A DNA stretch of 63,276 bases, the filler included, from Globobulimina sp. (lineage: Eukaryota), in assembly GCA_003354225.1 (NCBI GenBank). It is 52 parts of 52 records of this genome, joined end to end, with 100 filler letters (N's around TTAATTAATTAA, not from the genome) between each part and the next. Parts side by side here need not be neighbours in the genome. Positions count along the whole stretch, not along the records: positions 23,174 to 24,292 come from PIVH01023017.1; positions 24,393 to 25,511 come from PIVH01023018.1; positions 25,612 to 26,730 come from PIVH01023019.1; positions 26,831 to 27,949 come from PIVH01023020.1; positions 28,050 to 29,168 come from PIVH01023021.1; positions 29,269 to 30,387 come from PIVH01023022.1; positions 30,488 to 31,606 come from PIVH01023023.1; positions 31,707 to 32,825 come from PIVH01023024.1; 44 more parts are not named here. One strand, written 5' to 3'. Below, piece by piece: positions 23,174 through 36,580 of the stretch. The notes under the pieces are model-generated. The model ran no database searches. It saw only the letters and a program-made list of their open reading frames with translations, and had not been told where the DNA came from. A program made the position numbers and the translations under genes. The stretch's first letter is position 1. Each line of letters starts with the position of its first letter.

Positions 23174-23984
23174 CAACGCAATGGCAAAATGGTCGTGTTC
23201 ATGCTATATTGGCTCAGCATTGGGTCCATTACTAATTTCATTAATTACTGATAAAGAATCTGTAAATATGCTTTGCGTCATATCACTTTGTTTATTTTTA
23301 ATTGCTTTCATTATAACATGTTTCTGCATTGACGATAACAACAAACATTTCAAATTAAAAGCAAAAAAGCTTTCTTTTAACATATTTCACATAAAATTCC
23401 CAAACCAGCAAATCAGGAATTTAATATTTTATCATTTTATTGCTTATTTTGCATTGAATTTGTATCGATCTGCTTTTATGTTGATATTAAGTCATAGGTT
23501 TAAATTGGAAATGAGTTCATTAGCAAAAGTATTATCTTATAAAGGAATGATTGGATTTGGAATGCAATTATATTTGAGTCAATATAATAAGAATAAAACA
23601 GCTAGAAACCGTAATGATGAGTACGATTTGTTATGGAAAAGTACTTTGTGTTTAGCAGTTTCAATGATATCATATGGATTTATCTATGAAATGTATTATT
23701 TATATGTAATGTTAATATTTCAGGAATGCGGCGAATCGATGTTTCGGACATCATTTCAAACTGTGTTTGCATGCAATATATCAAAATTAAGCAGCAATTC
23801 TACTCAAACCTATATTGGTTTAGTTGATTCATTATCTTCTTTTAATAGAAGCGTGACGCCAATAATATTTGGTCTCATTCCTCAGCAATTTCGTTATTTC
23901 ATTACACCGATTCTTGCCGGATGTTTGGATTTGTTCTTGTTTATCACTCAAAGACCAAAACATTACAAATACGCAAGTTTGTGA
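23174..23984 (+). CDS. MFS transporter (C-terminal part)
   Basis: Multiple TM helices; IGSALGPLL; GLVDSLSSFNRSVTPIIFG. Confidence 0.82.
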
Positions 23985-24392
23985 GGAATGATGACAGATC
24001 GAGCGACTTGTTTTGCATTATTTTCCTGTTCAAGTTGTTTACATTAATTCGAGTATGTTAACAAAATATGCGTACTTTATAATAGGACGTGTTTAGAATA
24101 CGTATATACCGCGTGTTTAATACTGCGTTCGAAAATGGTAATACAAAAAATGACGCAACCTCACTAGTTTTATGGTGATTAGACAAAAACAGTCTTTATT
24201 GACTTTATCAAAAAAAACGCCAATAAAACTGTTTTATTTTTTACCAACCTAAGCCTCCAAACTTTAAGTGTTACAAAAAATAGAAACGAAAANNNNNNNN
24301 NNNNNNNNNNNNNNNNNNNNNNNNNNNNNNNNNNNNTTAATTAATTAANNNNNNNNNNNNNNNNNNNNNNNNNNNNNNNNNNNNNNNNNNNN

Positions 24393-24505
24393 GTTAGATA
24401 GAGTGGTTTTCAACTTCGAATACTAGGTTGAAAACCACTCTATCTAACCCAAAAACCTTGCCAATCACAAAAGAAGTGTTTAGAAGTGTGAACCTAAAAA
24501 GTCAA
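24393..24505. repeat. Dispersed repeat copy A: 22-bp perfect inverted repeat, 12-nt loop, conserved tail
   Basis: GTTAGATAGAGTGGTTTTCAAC-TTCGAATACTAG-GTTGAAAACCACTCTATCTAAC; tail shared with 52496-52552. Confidence 0.93.
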
Positions 24506-24577
24506 TTGTTTCCATAACTTTCTGTTTTAGTTTTTGTTCTGTCGCTTCTGTGCTTCGTTGAGATACTCTAAATTAAA

Positions 24578-25275
24578 TTAACGCATATAAAACTCAGAGA
24601 TGCCACTGTTTTCAACAAGATGTTGCTCAGAATTTGGCAGGTTAGATTTGATGAATCGCATGGCAGCCATTGCGAGCTCATCAACATGTATCACCGGCAT
24701 AAGCCAGGAATATATTTCCCAATGGTTTCTAAAGGAATAGCCTTTGTTTCAGAAATATATCGTTTCCCTGTAACCATTCCAGGCCGAAAGCAAACTCCGT
24801 TATCACCAAAGTGCACATCAACAGACTCTTCAGCCCTTTGTTTACCGTTGAAGTATCCGGGAATTGTAATAAATCTGAGCGGATTCCATTTGGTTAACAA
24901 ATGAGAGGGTCGCCACGCGGATATAAAGACAAAACGATGAATATTATTTTCTTTCGCCAAATTGCAAGCATTTATATTGGTGTCACCGCATATTTTGTTC
25001 ATGACAGAATTTTTCCAATGAAAACAACCAACGCACGATATAACTGCCCGAATATTTTTATCCTTATTGTTAAAATATGGTCTCATTGAATCAATTTTGA
25101 GTGCATCTCCTTTGCTCCATTGCACTTGTTCTGCCCAAACAGATGAAGATAACCAAGACGGCCTCACTCCTGATCTAGATATTGAGATAACTTCAAATCC
25201 ACTTAATATGGCTTGTTCACACATTCTAGAACCAATATATCCATTACCACCAATAACAACAACAATCTCTGACAT
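24578..25275 (-). CDS. NAD(P)-binding atypical SDR (epimerase/Coq11-like), frameshift near 24700-24720
   Basis: GGNGYIG, ISRSG, YFNGKQRAE, RPG; C-terminus MPVIHVDELAMAA lies in a shifted frame ending TAA at 24578. Confidence 0.85.
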
Positions 25276-25981
25276 TGTTTAATTAGACCGGAAATTTTCC
25301 GAAAGTTCTGTCGTGGCAAGATTTCAGAGTCAGTTTCAAAAACATTAGGACAAAAACTACATATATCCGTACATAGAAATTTTGATCATATATATCTATA
25401 TATGATTATTAAGTAAAAGACTGTGTAGTTTATAGTGTGAATTAGTTGTAACTATATTTTATTAATTTCACTGAGCTTTCGGCTGTCTTAAAGAAGCCAT
25501 TGTCAAAGTGTNNNNNNNNNNNNNNNNNNNNNNNNNNNNNNNNNNNNNNNNNNNNTTAATTAATTAANNNNNNNNNNNNNNNNNNNNNNNNNNNNNNNNN
25601 NNNNNNNNNNNTGACAGCAAAAGACAACGAATAGAAAAAAGCATATCGTGGACTAAAAATGAAATAAAAGAAGCATAGCGAATTTTAATATGGTTCGCAT
25701 TCTATTGATTCCATTCAGTAATACACAATTTTGAAATGTAATATAATAACCACAGTGGTACCAGTTTGCATACATAATTTTTGATGTTTTTTAAAAATTT
25801 TCTAAAAGTTTTCAGCTTAGTACTAAACAAGTCATCCATACGCAGATCCAAACAGGTTAACTCGTGTCTTATTACAAAGCTAGATTTTATTGCGAATTTG
25901 CTAAGGTTGTGTTGTCAAAAAAATAAAAGATTTCTCTTGAAATCCGACATGATTCATTTGGCGAATAGTAATCAGATTTCA

Positions 25982-26730
25982 ATGCAATCGCCATACCAAA
26001 CTTTAGCGGCACAACCTCCAGCTCAAATTCCTAATCCTTATCCAAACTACACACCCACTCCAAATAGCAACCAACCAAATCCAAATCCCAACGCCAACCA
26101 AACCAATCGACGCAATAATGGCAAACGCTTAAAACGCGACGACGATTGGGACATTTGTTGGGACTATCTATCCCCCAAAGGTTGCACCCGCGATACCTGT
26201 CGATGGCGGCACGGCAATCCCAAAATAGACCAACGCCAAATCGCCAAGAGGCGGAAGCGATATATGGAACAAAATAGGCGCGGCGACAGGAACAATAATC
26301 ACCGCAATAACAACAAACGAAGGAAGCGCAACAACAACAGCAACATTTGGGGCCATCACCATCCACAAATAATGCATGGCCCTCCACCGCCGCCGCCGTA
26401 CTTTGCGGCACCACCCGGTCAGGGCCATGGACAGCAACCGCCGCCTCAAATGCCTCCACCACAGCAAGGGCAGTCAGCGCAGGATTATTATGCGCAATAT
26501 TATGCTGCCTATGGTTATATGCAACCGCCTGTCCCACCGCAGCAACAGCAGCAGGGCACAGTGGCAGTGGCAGTCGATCCGCAACAGAGTTTGTAATTGT
26601 TTTTATTGTGACATCCTTGCACTGAGTGTGTGATTTTGTATATAGAGAGTGATGAGAAAAAAGATGGGGCACTGGCAAGTGTGTCGGGTGTGGCTTATGC
26701 GCAGTATCCAGGCTATGGATATTATGGCGG
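25982..26730 (+). CDS. CCCH zinc-finger, P/Q/Y-rich protein (partial)
   Basis: ICWDYLSPKGCTRDTCRWRH; intron 26589-26645 continues the frame (KSDEKKDG...AYAQYPGYGYYG). Confidence 0.75.
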
Positions 26731-28049
26731 NNNNNNNNNNNNNNNNNNNNNNNNNNNNNNNNNNNNNNNNNNNNTTAATTAATTAANNNNNNNNNNNNNN
26801 NNNNNNNNNNNNNNNNNNNNNNNNNNNNNNTACCGTAGTCGTAATCAAGTTGTTCCGATATTTGTCCTGCTTATCTTGTCATGCGGATCTTTATTTAATT
26901 GTTTAGCAGGGACGCGTCGACAATACACGGAGCGGTTTTGTTGATCGCCAAAATGTAATTTAAACCATTTGATATTACATGCCTTCCTGCTCCTCCTTTT
27001 GCTTTTCGGTTGTTGCCATACCTCTAGCTGATTGAATAGTGCTCATGAACTGAAAATAGAATCGATTTAATCAAATTCCTGACTGAAATAAAAATAAACT
27101 TGACCTCCATATATGTTACCAGTCGACTGTTTTTAATGATGTCCTAAAGGGATCATTTAAATTTATTAAAGCCAAAGAATGATAAGTTGGTAGCTTTTGA
27201 TACTAATGTTACCGAGTGATGGATTGGTAGATCTTCGTTGACGTCGATCCGAATGCTCTTGGTTGCCTTGTGTCATTACTTACCTTTAAGCTGACCACTT
27301 ATTTTAAGCTCTAAATCATGCAAGAATTCTAAACAACATGCAACAAAACATGCAACACAACACAAAACATAAAAGCACCTTTGTTTATTACTTGTAATTA
27401 ATACTACAAAAACTGGAATTACCAATGACAGTTCCCTCCCCCTTATAAAAAATAGGGTACCGGGCAATGTTTGCTTTATGAGCTTACGTTTTATAACTAC
27501 AAGTAATCACTGAAGTCTCGTCGCCACCAGTTTTCAGTGCTGAAGTGCTCCATCTGTCCACTTGTCCATCTTCCATTATTGTAGCTCCCTCTTGTACTTG
27601 GTCTTGTTCGTCCAATCTTTATTCTAAAATTCTTTCGACTGCACTCCAATCCATATTCTAACTCTTGTAAATAACCAATTTTGTGGGGACCTGAGTTAAT
27701 ATGATAGCAATACGACGCCTCGCTACTACTACCTTTTCGGCATCAGCAGGGGGTAGAACATTAATGATTGACCTCGGGTCAGGCGTCTAGTGCACGTTGA
27801 TGCCCTTGTTGGACCAGCAAGGTTGCGAATGTGGTTCCTCTCCAAATGCCTGCTTTGCAATTATGCCCTTTTGTTAATTTTGTCCTCCACCAACCCAAAA
27901 TGGGGTATCAATGCTGCAGTCATATCCAATTTCGGTCATGCTGTCCTCTNNNNNNNNNNNNNNNNNNNNNNNNNNNNNNNNNNNNNNNNNNNNTTAATTA
28001 ATTAANNNNNNNNNNNNNNNNNNNNNNNNNNNNNNNNNNNNNNNNNNNN

Positions 28050-28593
28050 TGCCATTATTTGGGATAAGGCGGTGTGTTGCAATGATGCGCGTTTTAGGAT
28101 TTTAGGGACTTTAGGGACTGGACCGGAGCTATCATCGTCTTCCAAGGGATTGAACTTGGATAATATTAATGGAGTTATTTTCTTTGGACCCGGTGGCCGC
28201 GGAGGGCCTTTTGGTTTGGTCTGAGTGCGCAATATGTCGTTGCCGGAGGAATCTTCATTGGCAGAGGACGTGGTGGATTGCGAGGGAGCGGCTGTTGGTT
28301 TTTTAGGTGGCCATACAGGCGGATTTGCTTTTTTTTTGAAGGATGCTTTCATGGGTTTTTTAGGCGGCCATTGCGGCGGGTTTCGCACTGCTCGGTTGGA
28401 GCCAGTTTGTTTGGGCGGCGGTTTAGTGGTTGTGGTGTGACTACGCTTTTTCCCTTTCTTTGTATATATGTGATTTGGCAGATGTGTTGTATGTGATAGT
28501 GTTTTTTTTGTGCGAGGATAAATATTATGAATATACCCATGGCGGCGGTGCTGGTTTCGAATATCCACTCGATGATGGCTGTATTTTTTGCAT
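28050..28593 (-). CDS. Proline/lysine-rich protein N-terminus (spliced, partial)
   Basis: MQKIQPSSSGYSKPAPPPW, probable intron, then repeated NPPxWPPKKP. Confidence 0.5.
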
Positions 28594-28730
28594 TTGTGTG
28601 TTGTGAGAGATTGTGAGTTTGAAGTAATATGCAAGTTTAACTCTATTTGAATCAGCCATTTTCAATGTTTCTGTAGAGGATGGTTTTCTAGTAACGATTT
28701 TCGAAAACAGTTGAAAAGATAATCTTTTGC

Positions 28731-29168
28731 ATGGCTTGCTCCTCTGTTTTTATAACAGTATCAATACTGCACACATTTATTTGCAGTCTCTTGACGATCA
28801 CGACAATATATATATTTTATGAATATCTCAAAAAAATAAAAGAGTTGGAAATAAAATTATCTTCTCAAATATTAGGAATTATTTTTCTAACTTTTTCAAC
28901 ATTGGCGATACCATTACAAGCCACGTACAGATCAAAGGAATGTTATGCATTCGGCCAAACCTCAACCATATATTTTTTGGACCATGTAATCTTTCCATTA
29001 TATATCACTTGTTATACGCTCCAATCATATATATTATTAATAATATTATTCCAGCGCTTAGTAGATGTATTTCAAAAGTCTAAATTTCGAATTTCAACCA
29101 CAACCAAACGAATATATTTAATATTTTGGATATTATTTCCTCTTAGGACTGTTATGATATTTGTTTTC
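28731..29168 (+). CDS. Multi-pass membrane protein, possibly GPCR-like (partial)
   Basis: Four hydrophobic helices; LFQRLVDVF after the third. Confidence 0.5.
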
Positions 29169-29268
29169 NNNNNNNNNNNNNNNNNNNNNNNNNNNNNNNN
29201 NNNNNNNNNNNNTTAATTAATTAANNNNNNNNNNNNNNNNNNNNNNNNNNNNNNNNNNNNNNNNNNNN

Positions 29269-30387
29269 TGTAGGGTGATGACGGTGATTCTGTGGATGAT
29301 GATTTGGACTGCCAAGTTAAGGCTTACAAAATGGCCGATGTCCCCGGGTTAAAAGCTATAAAGTACGCTCAACATACTTCTGTTTGACGCAATTCAATTA
29401 GAATTCATATTGCAGGAAACGAATTCCCAGAGCACTTTTGGAACAAGTCCTGATGGCCGCCGATAACAAAAAACCCACGCCTGTCCAACATGAAAGTCGT
29501 CTAGTTGGAAAGGCTAAATACGCTTTTCGGTATTTCCTGCGAGATATTGTGGGTCCGAAGGAGATGTACGGCTACACCGGTTACGACGAAAGTAAATTTA
29601 TTTATTATTTAGAACTTGACACATTTACTAACTTGACGCATGTATTTCAGTTATTGCCAAGGCCAAGTCGATGACAATTGTTCGCACAAAACGTTCGAAA
29701 GACTTCCTCGTTAGTCAAGAAATTTTGAAGGAATATGAAGAAATCTGGTGGGCCATGATATGGTTGTTGGCAATCCATTTGGAGCTCAGAATTGTTGACC
29801 GATTTGGTTTGACCGTTGTAAGTCATCCTTCTTGTTACGATACTACACACTGGTGGCCAAACTTTCATGTATCAGGAGCCGCTGTTGCCATGCACAACGC
29901 GCCGATCGAATAATTTAGGTGCACTTAGGCTGTCGGAGTCTCCGTCAAAATTTAACATAATTAGAAAGTTTCCTTCAAAATCAGATTTAATTTGCATTAC
30001 TTTTGTACCTAAACTATACTTTCTACTGTTCTTTGTATCACCATTTGCGCAATTTGCAAAAAGTACTGTTATTTTATGGATTTCGAAACTTAGCTGCAGC
30101 CGCACAAAAACGTCCCCGGAGCCGAACGTTGCCGACAACTGATTCAACACGTTTATTTCAGAAGTGTCTGCAGCATTGCAACCGCCACATCAAACAAGAG
30201 AAGGATCGCTTGAGCGCTCGACAACAACTGCAACAAAGGAAAAGATCCAAAGTGCTGTCGGAAAGTGACGACGACGACGAACCCTCCCAAAACGGTAGTC
30301 CAGCCAGAGAGCACGAAGAGATTGCGACGAGCCATGTATAACGGACAGACGGCGTCGACGGCGACGATGGTGAGGATGACGAAGGGG
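29269..30387 (+). CDS. Hypothetical multi-exon gene (partial)
   Basis: Intron 29592-29650 (GTAAAT...TTTCAG) joins two ORFs in frame; further exons downstream. Confidence 0.45.
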
Positions 30388-30487
30388 NNNNNNNNNNNNN
30401 NNNNNNNNNNNNNNNNNNNNNNNNNNNNNNNTTAATTAATTAANNNNNNNNNNNNNNNNNNNNNNNNNNNNNNNNNNNNNNNNNNNN

Positions 30488-31075
30488 GTTTGGTCGTGGG
30501 GCTATGGTTATTGTGGTATTTTAGGTCACGGAGATGATAACAATAGATATTTACCAACAAGAATACAATATTTTATTCAAAACAATATTAAAATTGGTAA
30601 AATATGTTGTGGTTTTGCACATAATCTATTATTATCATTGAATAATAAAGTTTTGATCTTTTTATATTGTTTTGTCATTTACAAATATATTTTAATAAAT
30701 AAATAAATAAATAAGATATATTGTTTTGGAATTAATGAGTCGTATCAATGTGGAAATGGTTCAAATAAAAATGTATATTTACCACAACCAAATGAAACAT
30801 TAAAAAAGGAAACAATTGTTGATATTAAATGTGGTACAAATCATAATATTGTTAAAACAGTGGCTAATAAATATTATTTATGGGGGAATAATGAATATAA
30901 TCAATGTTTATATGTATCAACATCAAGTTGGTCTGAAGCAAAGGCACCAAAACGTATTAAGAAACCATTATTATTTGATTTAAATTATTTTGATAAAGAT
31001 AAAGAAATACTTGATATGTATGCTGGATATCATGAAACACGAATAATAATTGGTAATTGGAAAGATAATTTATGA
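30488..31075 (+). CDS. RCC1-repeat protein C-terminus, one intron
   Basis: VWSWGYGYCGILGHG, ICCGFAHN, IYCFGINESYQCG, IKCGTNHN, LWGNNEYNQC; intron 30650-30715. Confidence 0.9.
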
Positions 31076-31706
31076 TTTGTTTTACTCAATATCTAATTTA
31101 AAATGACTTAACCGATATATTATTCATATGCTATATATACTGTTTCGTTGCGATTTGGGTTTCATTTTGCTTTACCATAATAAGAAAGAGATCATTTGCC
31201 GTACCCAGTTGAATTATTTAACATACTTTTCCCTACTAACCGCAGTATATGTTAAATAATTCAAGCAAGCACGGAATTTCTAGTCTTCATATTCGAATCC
31301 CGCATGTCTTCACTTTTTACATTACACAACGTATCTGACGAATTTTAAGAAAATTTCGGCAATAATATTAAAATGGAATCCCATCAAAGTGATCAAACAC
31401 TTCTTCAAAACTTTATTTCACTCAAACGTACAAAAAAAAGGAACCAAAAATACTGTCACTATTCAACGTATCCATGAGCATGTTCACTATGTTGCCGTCG
31501 AATATTATCGTCTTTCATATCATATTCAACTTTCCGATCCCGTTCACTTTTAAACCGTGAATAAGCATCCATTAACAATAAATGGCACTGTTCCAACATC
31601 CTCTGANNNNNNNNNNNNNNNNNNNNNNNNNNNNNNNNNNNNNNNNNNNNTTAATTAATTAANNNNNNNNNNNNNNNNNNNNNNNNNNNNNNNNNNNNNN
31701 NNNNNN

Positions 31707-32763
31707 ATGCACCGGACTCTGCTTTGGCGTGGCGGGATATTTGGGCGGTGCTACCTGTCGCATATCAGCCCACTCCCTGACAGTCAATAAAACATATCCT
31801 TGCACACAAACGCACCGACAAAACATACCATGACTGCACAGACGCAAAGAACTGATGTTGCTTTATCTGTTGATAGCCATTCATGCCTAACCTCTGCGGC
31901 ACCGCTGGCGTCAAAAACGCATCAATGATGGTCTTGGCGGCCTGGGGTACGGTGTCTGGTATTTGATAGTTGTGCAGCTCGATCTTTTTAAAAGTCAAAT
32001 ATTCATTGGCGGCATGGAACGGCGTCGTGTTTAATAGACATTGATAGATTAAGATGCCGAGCGCCCAGAAATCCATTCCATTCCATTGTATCTCAGTGTT
32101 TCCCTCGGTGTTCAATAATTCTGGCGGCACATATTGCGCAGTGCCGACAAAGGAGCCTTCTTTGTCATAGGCCGCCGAGTTTGGGTTCTCCTTTTTTTCT
32201 AGATCGATGTCGGCGATTTTAGCAGTCCCAAAGTCCGTTAATCGAATATGTTTATCGTTGTGAATCAAGATGTTCTCAGGCTTGATATCGCGATGATAGA
32301 TGCCTTTGGAATGCATGTATTCCAAACACGAGACCACTTCGGAGAGATAAAAGCAGGTCAATTCCGGGGTTAAGCCCATATATTTCCAGATTTCATAGCT
32401 TAATTCGGCGTCGTTGCAGAGGTCTAAAACCATGAAAAGAGAGTAGGAGTCTTGAAATGTGAAATGAAGATGGCATATGAATGGATGTGGGGCAGTGGCG
32501 AGGAATACTTTTTTCTCAATGGTTACGTATTTAATTTTGTTATTTTTCATGATATGGCGTTTATCCATCACCTTGATGGCGTATTTGGTACCATATTGAG
32601 GCGATTTTTCATTGCTTATTATGCCTTCCACTACTTTGGCAAAGGCACCACCGCCTAATAACTCACCTAATTCGAAATCTTCTTTGCGATGTTTTATATC
32701 TTTCTTTGGTGGTTTTTTATGTTCTTCATTTGTTGAAGGTTTGATGGCTTTTATAGACGCCAT
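31707..32763 (-). CDS. PDPK1: PDK1/Pkh-like AGC kinase (partial)
   Basis: DFELGELLGGGAF, YAIKVMDKRHI, HRDIKPEN, DFGTAK, SFVGTAQYVPPELL, ANEYLTFKKI. Confidence 0.9.
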
Positions 32764-33124
32764 GCTTAAAAAAAAAAAAACTGCGACTATGAAATGCAAG
32801 ATAAAACATGCAAAGAAAAGTGTTTNNNNNNNNNNNNNNNNNNNNNNNNNNNNNNNNNNNNNNNNNNNNTTAATTAATTAANNNNNNNNNNNNNNNNNNN
32901 NNNNNNNNNNNNNNNNNNNNNNNNNTCATCCAGTTGTATTTCGTCACAAATATCATTTAAAAAATCATTCAATTTCGAACTTACTATGTATTATAAATCA
33001 TTGTAATGTGATTGATTTGCAATGTAAAAACAGCTGTGATTACCAGGTCTGTTTGTATATGATATAAATACGAAACTTTCCACACAGAAAAACGTTTGAT
33101 TTTTGTTGGTGTTTCTTATTTATA

Positions 33125-33817
33125 TCATATACAAACATGCAATGAAATAGATAACATACTTTGAACTGGCTGTTTTTCATCACTTTCATCAACAGCAATA
33201 TCATCATTTAATGTTTTTCCCTGAGCCATATTTGGTACACAATCTCCATTATTATCATTTATATGTTTTTCAAATTCATGTGTTTCTGGTTCAGGTTTGT
33301 CATTGTGATTAATACCTCCATTTGCTTCAAAATGAACTGGTTGGTCCACTGGGTTATATTCAAAATTTGGATGATTTATTTTATAATTCATCGTATCATC
33401 TCCTTTCATATTTTTATCATATTCGGGCTCAATCCATTGTCTTTTAATCTGTTGTTGCTGTTTCCGATCTTTTTTTTTAACGCCGCCGCCTCCTTTCCAT
33501 CGTGCGCCTGCTTGGCCGCCAAATGTTTGTTGCAGCGATCTATCAAATTGCTCAGTGATAATAACGTATGCTTTGAAAAATAATGTTTCTATTTCTTGTC
33601 TGGACCACTTATAGCGCATAAACCAAAACATTGGAGTTTGTAATAATATATCTCCACTTAAATAATCGCCACTGTCTTCTTTCCATCGCACTGTAAAGCA
33701 TTGTGATCCCTTCCCGAGTTCTGATAATGTTTTCATTATGATATCATGTCGTTGTTGTGGCGAAAACTCTGACAATATATGATGAGATAAGGTAAACATG
33801 TAATAGGACACTAGCAA
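33125..33817 (-). CDS. Hypothetical protein exon
   Basis: 230-aa ORF with no recognised motif. Confidence 0.45.
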   Translation of the reverse strand: MLVSYYMFTLSHHILSEFSPQQRHDIIMKTLSELGKGSQCFTVRWKEDSGDYLSGDILLQTPMFWFMRYKWSRQEIETLFFKAYVIITEQFDRSLQQTFGGQAGARWKGGGGVKKKDRKQQQQIKRQWIEPEYDKNMKGDDTMNYKINHPNFEYNPVDQPVHFEANGGINHNDKPEPETHEFEKHINDNNGDCVPNMAQGKTLNDDIAVDESDEKQPVQSMLSISLHVCI

Positions 33818-34144
33818 AGTAGCAATATACCTGAATTTTCATTAATAGGTTCATTTGACATTGTTAGTCTAGATATATTAAGAGTTTTTTAACAGGAAGA
33901 TTTTGAAACTAGAAATCGCGATCTTGTTTGTTTTAGCTTTTAATGTTGAAGGAAGGACCAAACCCAAAGTAATATATAGCACTGATCAAGGATACAAACC
34001 ACCGGATGGTGATTGTGATGGTCAAGTGCAACTGCGATATAGTCNNNNNNNNNNNNNNNNNNNNNNNNNNNNNNNNNNNNNNNNNNNNTTAATTAATTAA
34101 NNNNNNNNNNNNNNNNNNNNNNNNNNNNNNNNNNNNNNNNNNNN

Positions 34145-34789
34145 ATTCCTATCACGATCTCTCTGCAACCGACCACGTTCGTGGTCGTGATAATAACTCA
34201 TATCATTGCAATTGCCACTTTCATTCATATTATGTTTATCATATTTGTCGTATTTATTATATTTTTCATATTTCCGATATTTATCGTTTTCATATTTATT
34301 ATATTGATTATATTTGTGAGTGTCATGTCTGTTATCAATTATTTTTTGTTTATATCGATTTGGCGATGGAAAGTTGTTTGAATATGATAGGGAATGGCTA
34401 TGGCTATGCATTTGATGATAATCAATTTGTTGAAGAGGCATACAATATGGATTATGATGGCCATTATGCACAAAATTATTGGTATGAATATTATTTAGTA
34501 TTGGTGCTGATACATACTTTCTGTGATCGTTGCTGTAATCAATAATAGCTGCTGCTCTGTTTGTATTCTGCTGAAGTATTTGCGGATATGTTGTTTGCGG
34601 ATATGATACTGTCGAAGCAGGATTATTTTGAATATATGCCGTCGGAAATGATGCGAAAGTGGGATGATGCATTCTCATTGAATGGGTTTGCGGACCTAAA
34701 CTAACGCTATTAACAGATGTTTCTGCAGTTTGTTTTTGGGTTGGAATTGCATTTGAATCATACACCAAACAATATATATGATAAAACAT
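34145..34789 (-). CDS. Low-complexity H/N/Y-rich protein exon
   Basis: Long ORF with KY(D/N/E) repeats and RD dipeptides. Confidence 0.45.
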
Positions 34790-35362
34790 ACGATTAATAT
34801 TATGATAGGATGGAGTATGCTGAATCTGACTCAGCTGCAGTTTTCTATGAAGTCATATTTTCGTTACTAAGGTATGTACAAAATGTGTTTCCAGACAATC
34901 GTACAGAAACCTGCCAAACCTATACAAAGTTCGTTTAAATCTATTATACCAAATAAAAGAAGAAAATAATGTGCTATTAACAGTAAAGTAAATAAAAAAC
35001 AACCACCACACAATAAGAATGAAAAAAGAACATTGAAAAAGAGAATATATTTTAGAATTAATATAATAATATAATCGTTTTTAACAATGGTCATCTATTA
35101 TAACAACAGAAATGTTTTAACAAAACATAACCCATAGAAATATTATTATGATCTATGGAGTCCATGCATGTCTAAACAATCACCTTTCTGACATTTGTAA
35201 ACCCATCGATGTATTTCCTCTTTAATACATATACTTTGTGGGAAAATATCAGTATATATTAGNNNNNNNNNNNNNNNNNNNNNNNNNNNNNNNNNNNNNN
35301 NNNNNNTTAATTAATTAANNNNNNNNNNNNNNNNNNNNNNNNNNNNNNNNNNNNNNNNNNNN

Positions 35363-35437
35363 AAATGCTCAAAATGTAATAAAACTTTTGCACTCAAAAA
35401 AGACATAAAAAAACATAAAAAGAAATGTAAAAAATAG
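35363..35437 (+). CDS. C-terminal C2H2/C2HC-type zinc finger of a truncated gene
   Basis: KCSKCNKTFALKKDIKKHKKKCKK*. Confidence 0.5.
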   Translation, partial: KCSKCNKTFALKKDIKKHKKKCKK

Positions 35438-36580
35438 TTAATTATCCTCGCACACAAATTTAAAACACGGATTTAGTAAACTCATTTTAGTAAACACATA
35501 TTTTGTCGGTTCTCTATTTTTTATTTATACAGAGCACTGCTGACATGCATGGAGTGGATGCGGATGAATGTGCTGCGTTTCTCTGCGATGCTGGCGATGC
35601 TGGCAACCACACAAAATAAATTCGCCGAAAATCAACGGTTAACACGTGAGATATTGATAGATGTTTGCAGCCAAAAAGAAAAAATAGAAGCAAAAAAAGA
35701 TAAAATTAAAATGGAAAAGTTGACGAAAAAGTTATCTCGTTTTAACCAAAAATTGATACATTTATTAAAAGGAAAAGTTGACATTCGGATTGGATGGCAT
35801 TTCGAATCAAAGCTATTAAATGTTCACAGCATACGTTTTGCGGACGAATACTCGCTGACTGAGGCACGGAAACAAATTGATCAAATCCGCGGAGACCCCC
35901 CAATATGTTCAGTGTTTGCGCCGTTTGTGGGTATATGTATAATGTATAATGTATAATGTCTGCTCAATGTCAGACAGACAAAGCAGATAATAACATAAGG
36001 CCGGATACATTACCTGTCGCTGCCATGATGAGTTGACGTGATATCAACAAACAACAAGCGTTAGATGAAAACCAGCTTAAATAAATCTTTCCTTCAGACA
36101 GAGGATTAAAAACTCCGAGCAACAAATAATCTAGGTGTGCATTCTTCACAAACAATCTAGGTTTGCATATTGCTTATGACTTATTATCGTGGAATCTACG
36201 ATAAAATATTACATATAAACAAATCTATTCTAACATTTTTCAACAAGTTTATAACTTTCCATTTGCCTGACATTTGCTACATTTTACTATATAACTTATG
36301 TGGCACATATAAAAAACAAAAGCAATTACTTTCCCTGTAGATTGGTTTGGAAGGATTGGTTTTGAGATTTTGTATAATGGTTTGGATTTTTTTTATTTTA
36401 AACGCGTATAATTTGGCGTTTGTATGGGTTTGTATGAGTACAGGGTTAACTCCTATAAGACGCAGAATCATATATAATATNNNNNNNNNNNNNNNNNNNN
36501 NNNNNNNNNNNNNNNNNNNNNNNNTTAATTAATTAANNNNNNNNNNNNNNNNNNNNNNNNNNNNNNNNNNNNNNNNNNNN

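Noticed and set aside
26031-26678. Antisense and alternate-frame ORFs over GC-rich genes (also 42125-42543 and 36717-37430)
   Set aside because: Shadow ORFs of the real genes caused by codon bias
26831-27949. Coding-like sequence on the minus strand
   Set aside because: Many stops and no recognisable motif; at most a decayed gene
29438-29913. Apparent frameshift between two ORFs
   Set aside because: Resolved by the ordinary intron 29592-29650
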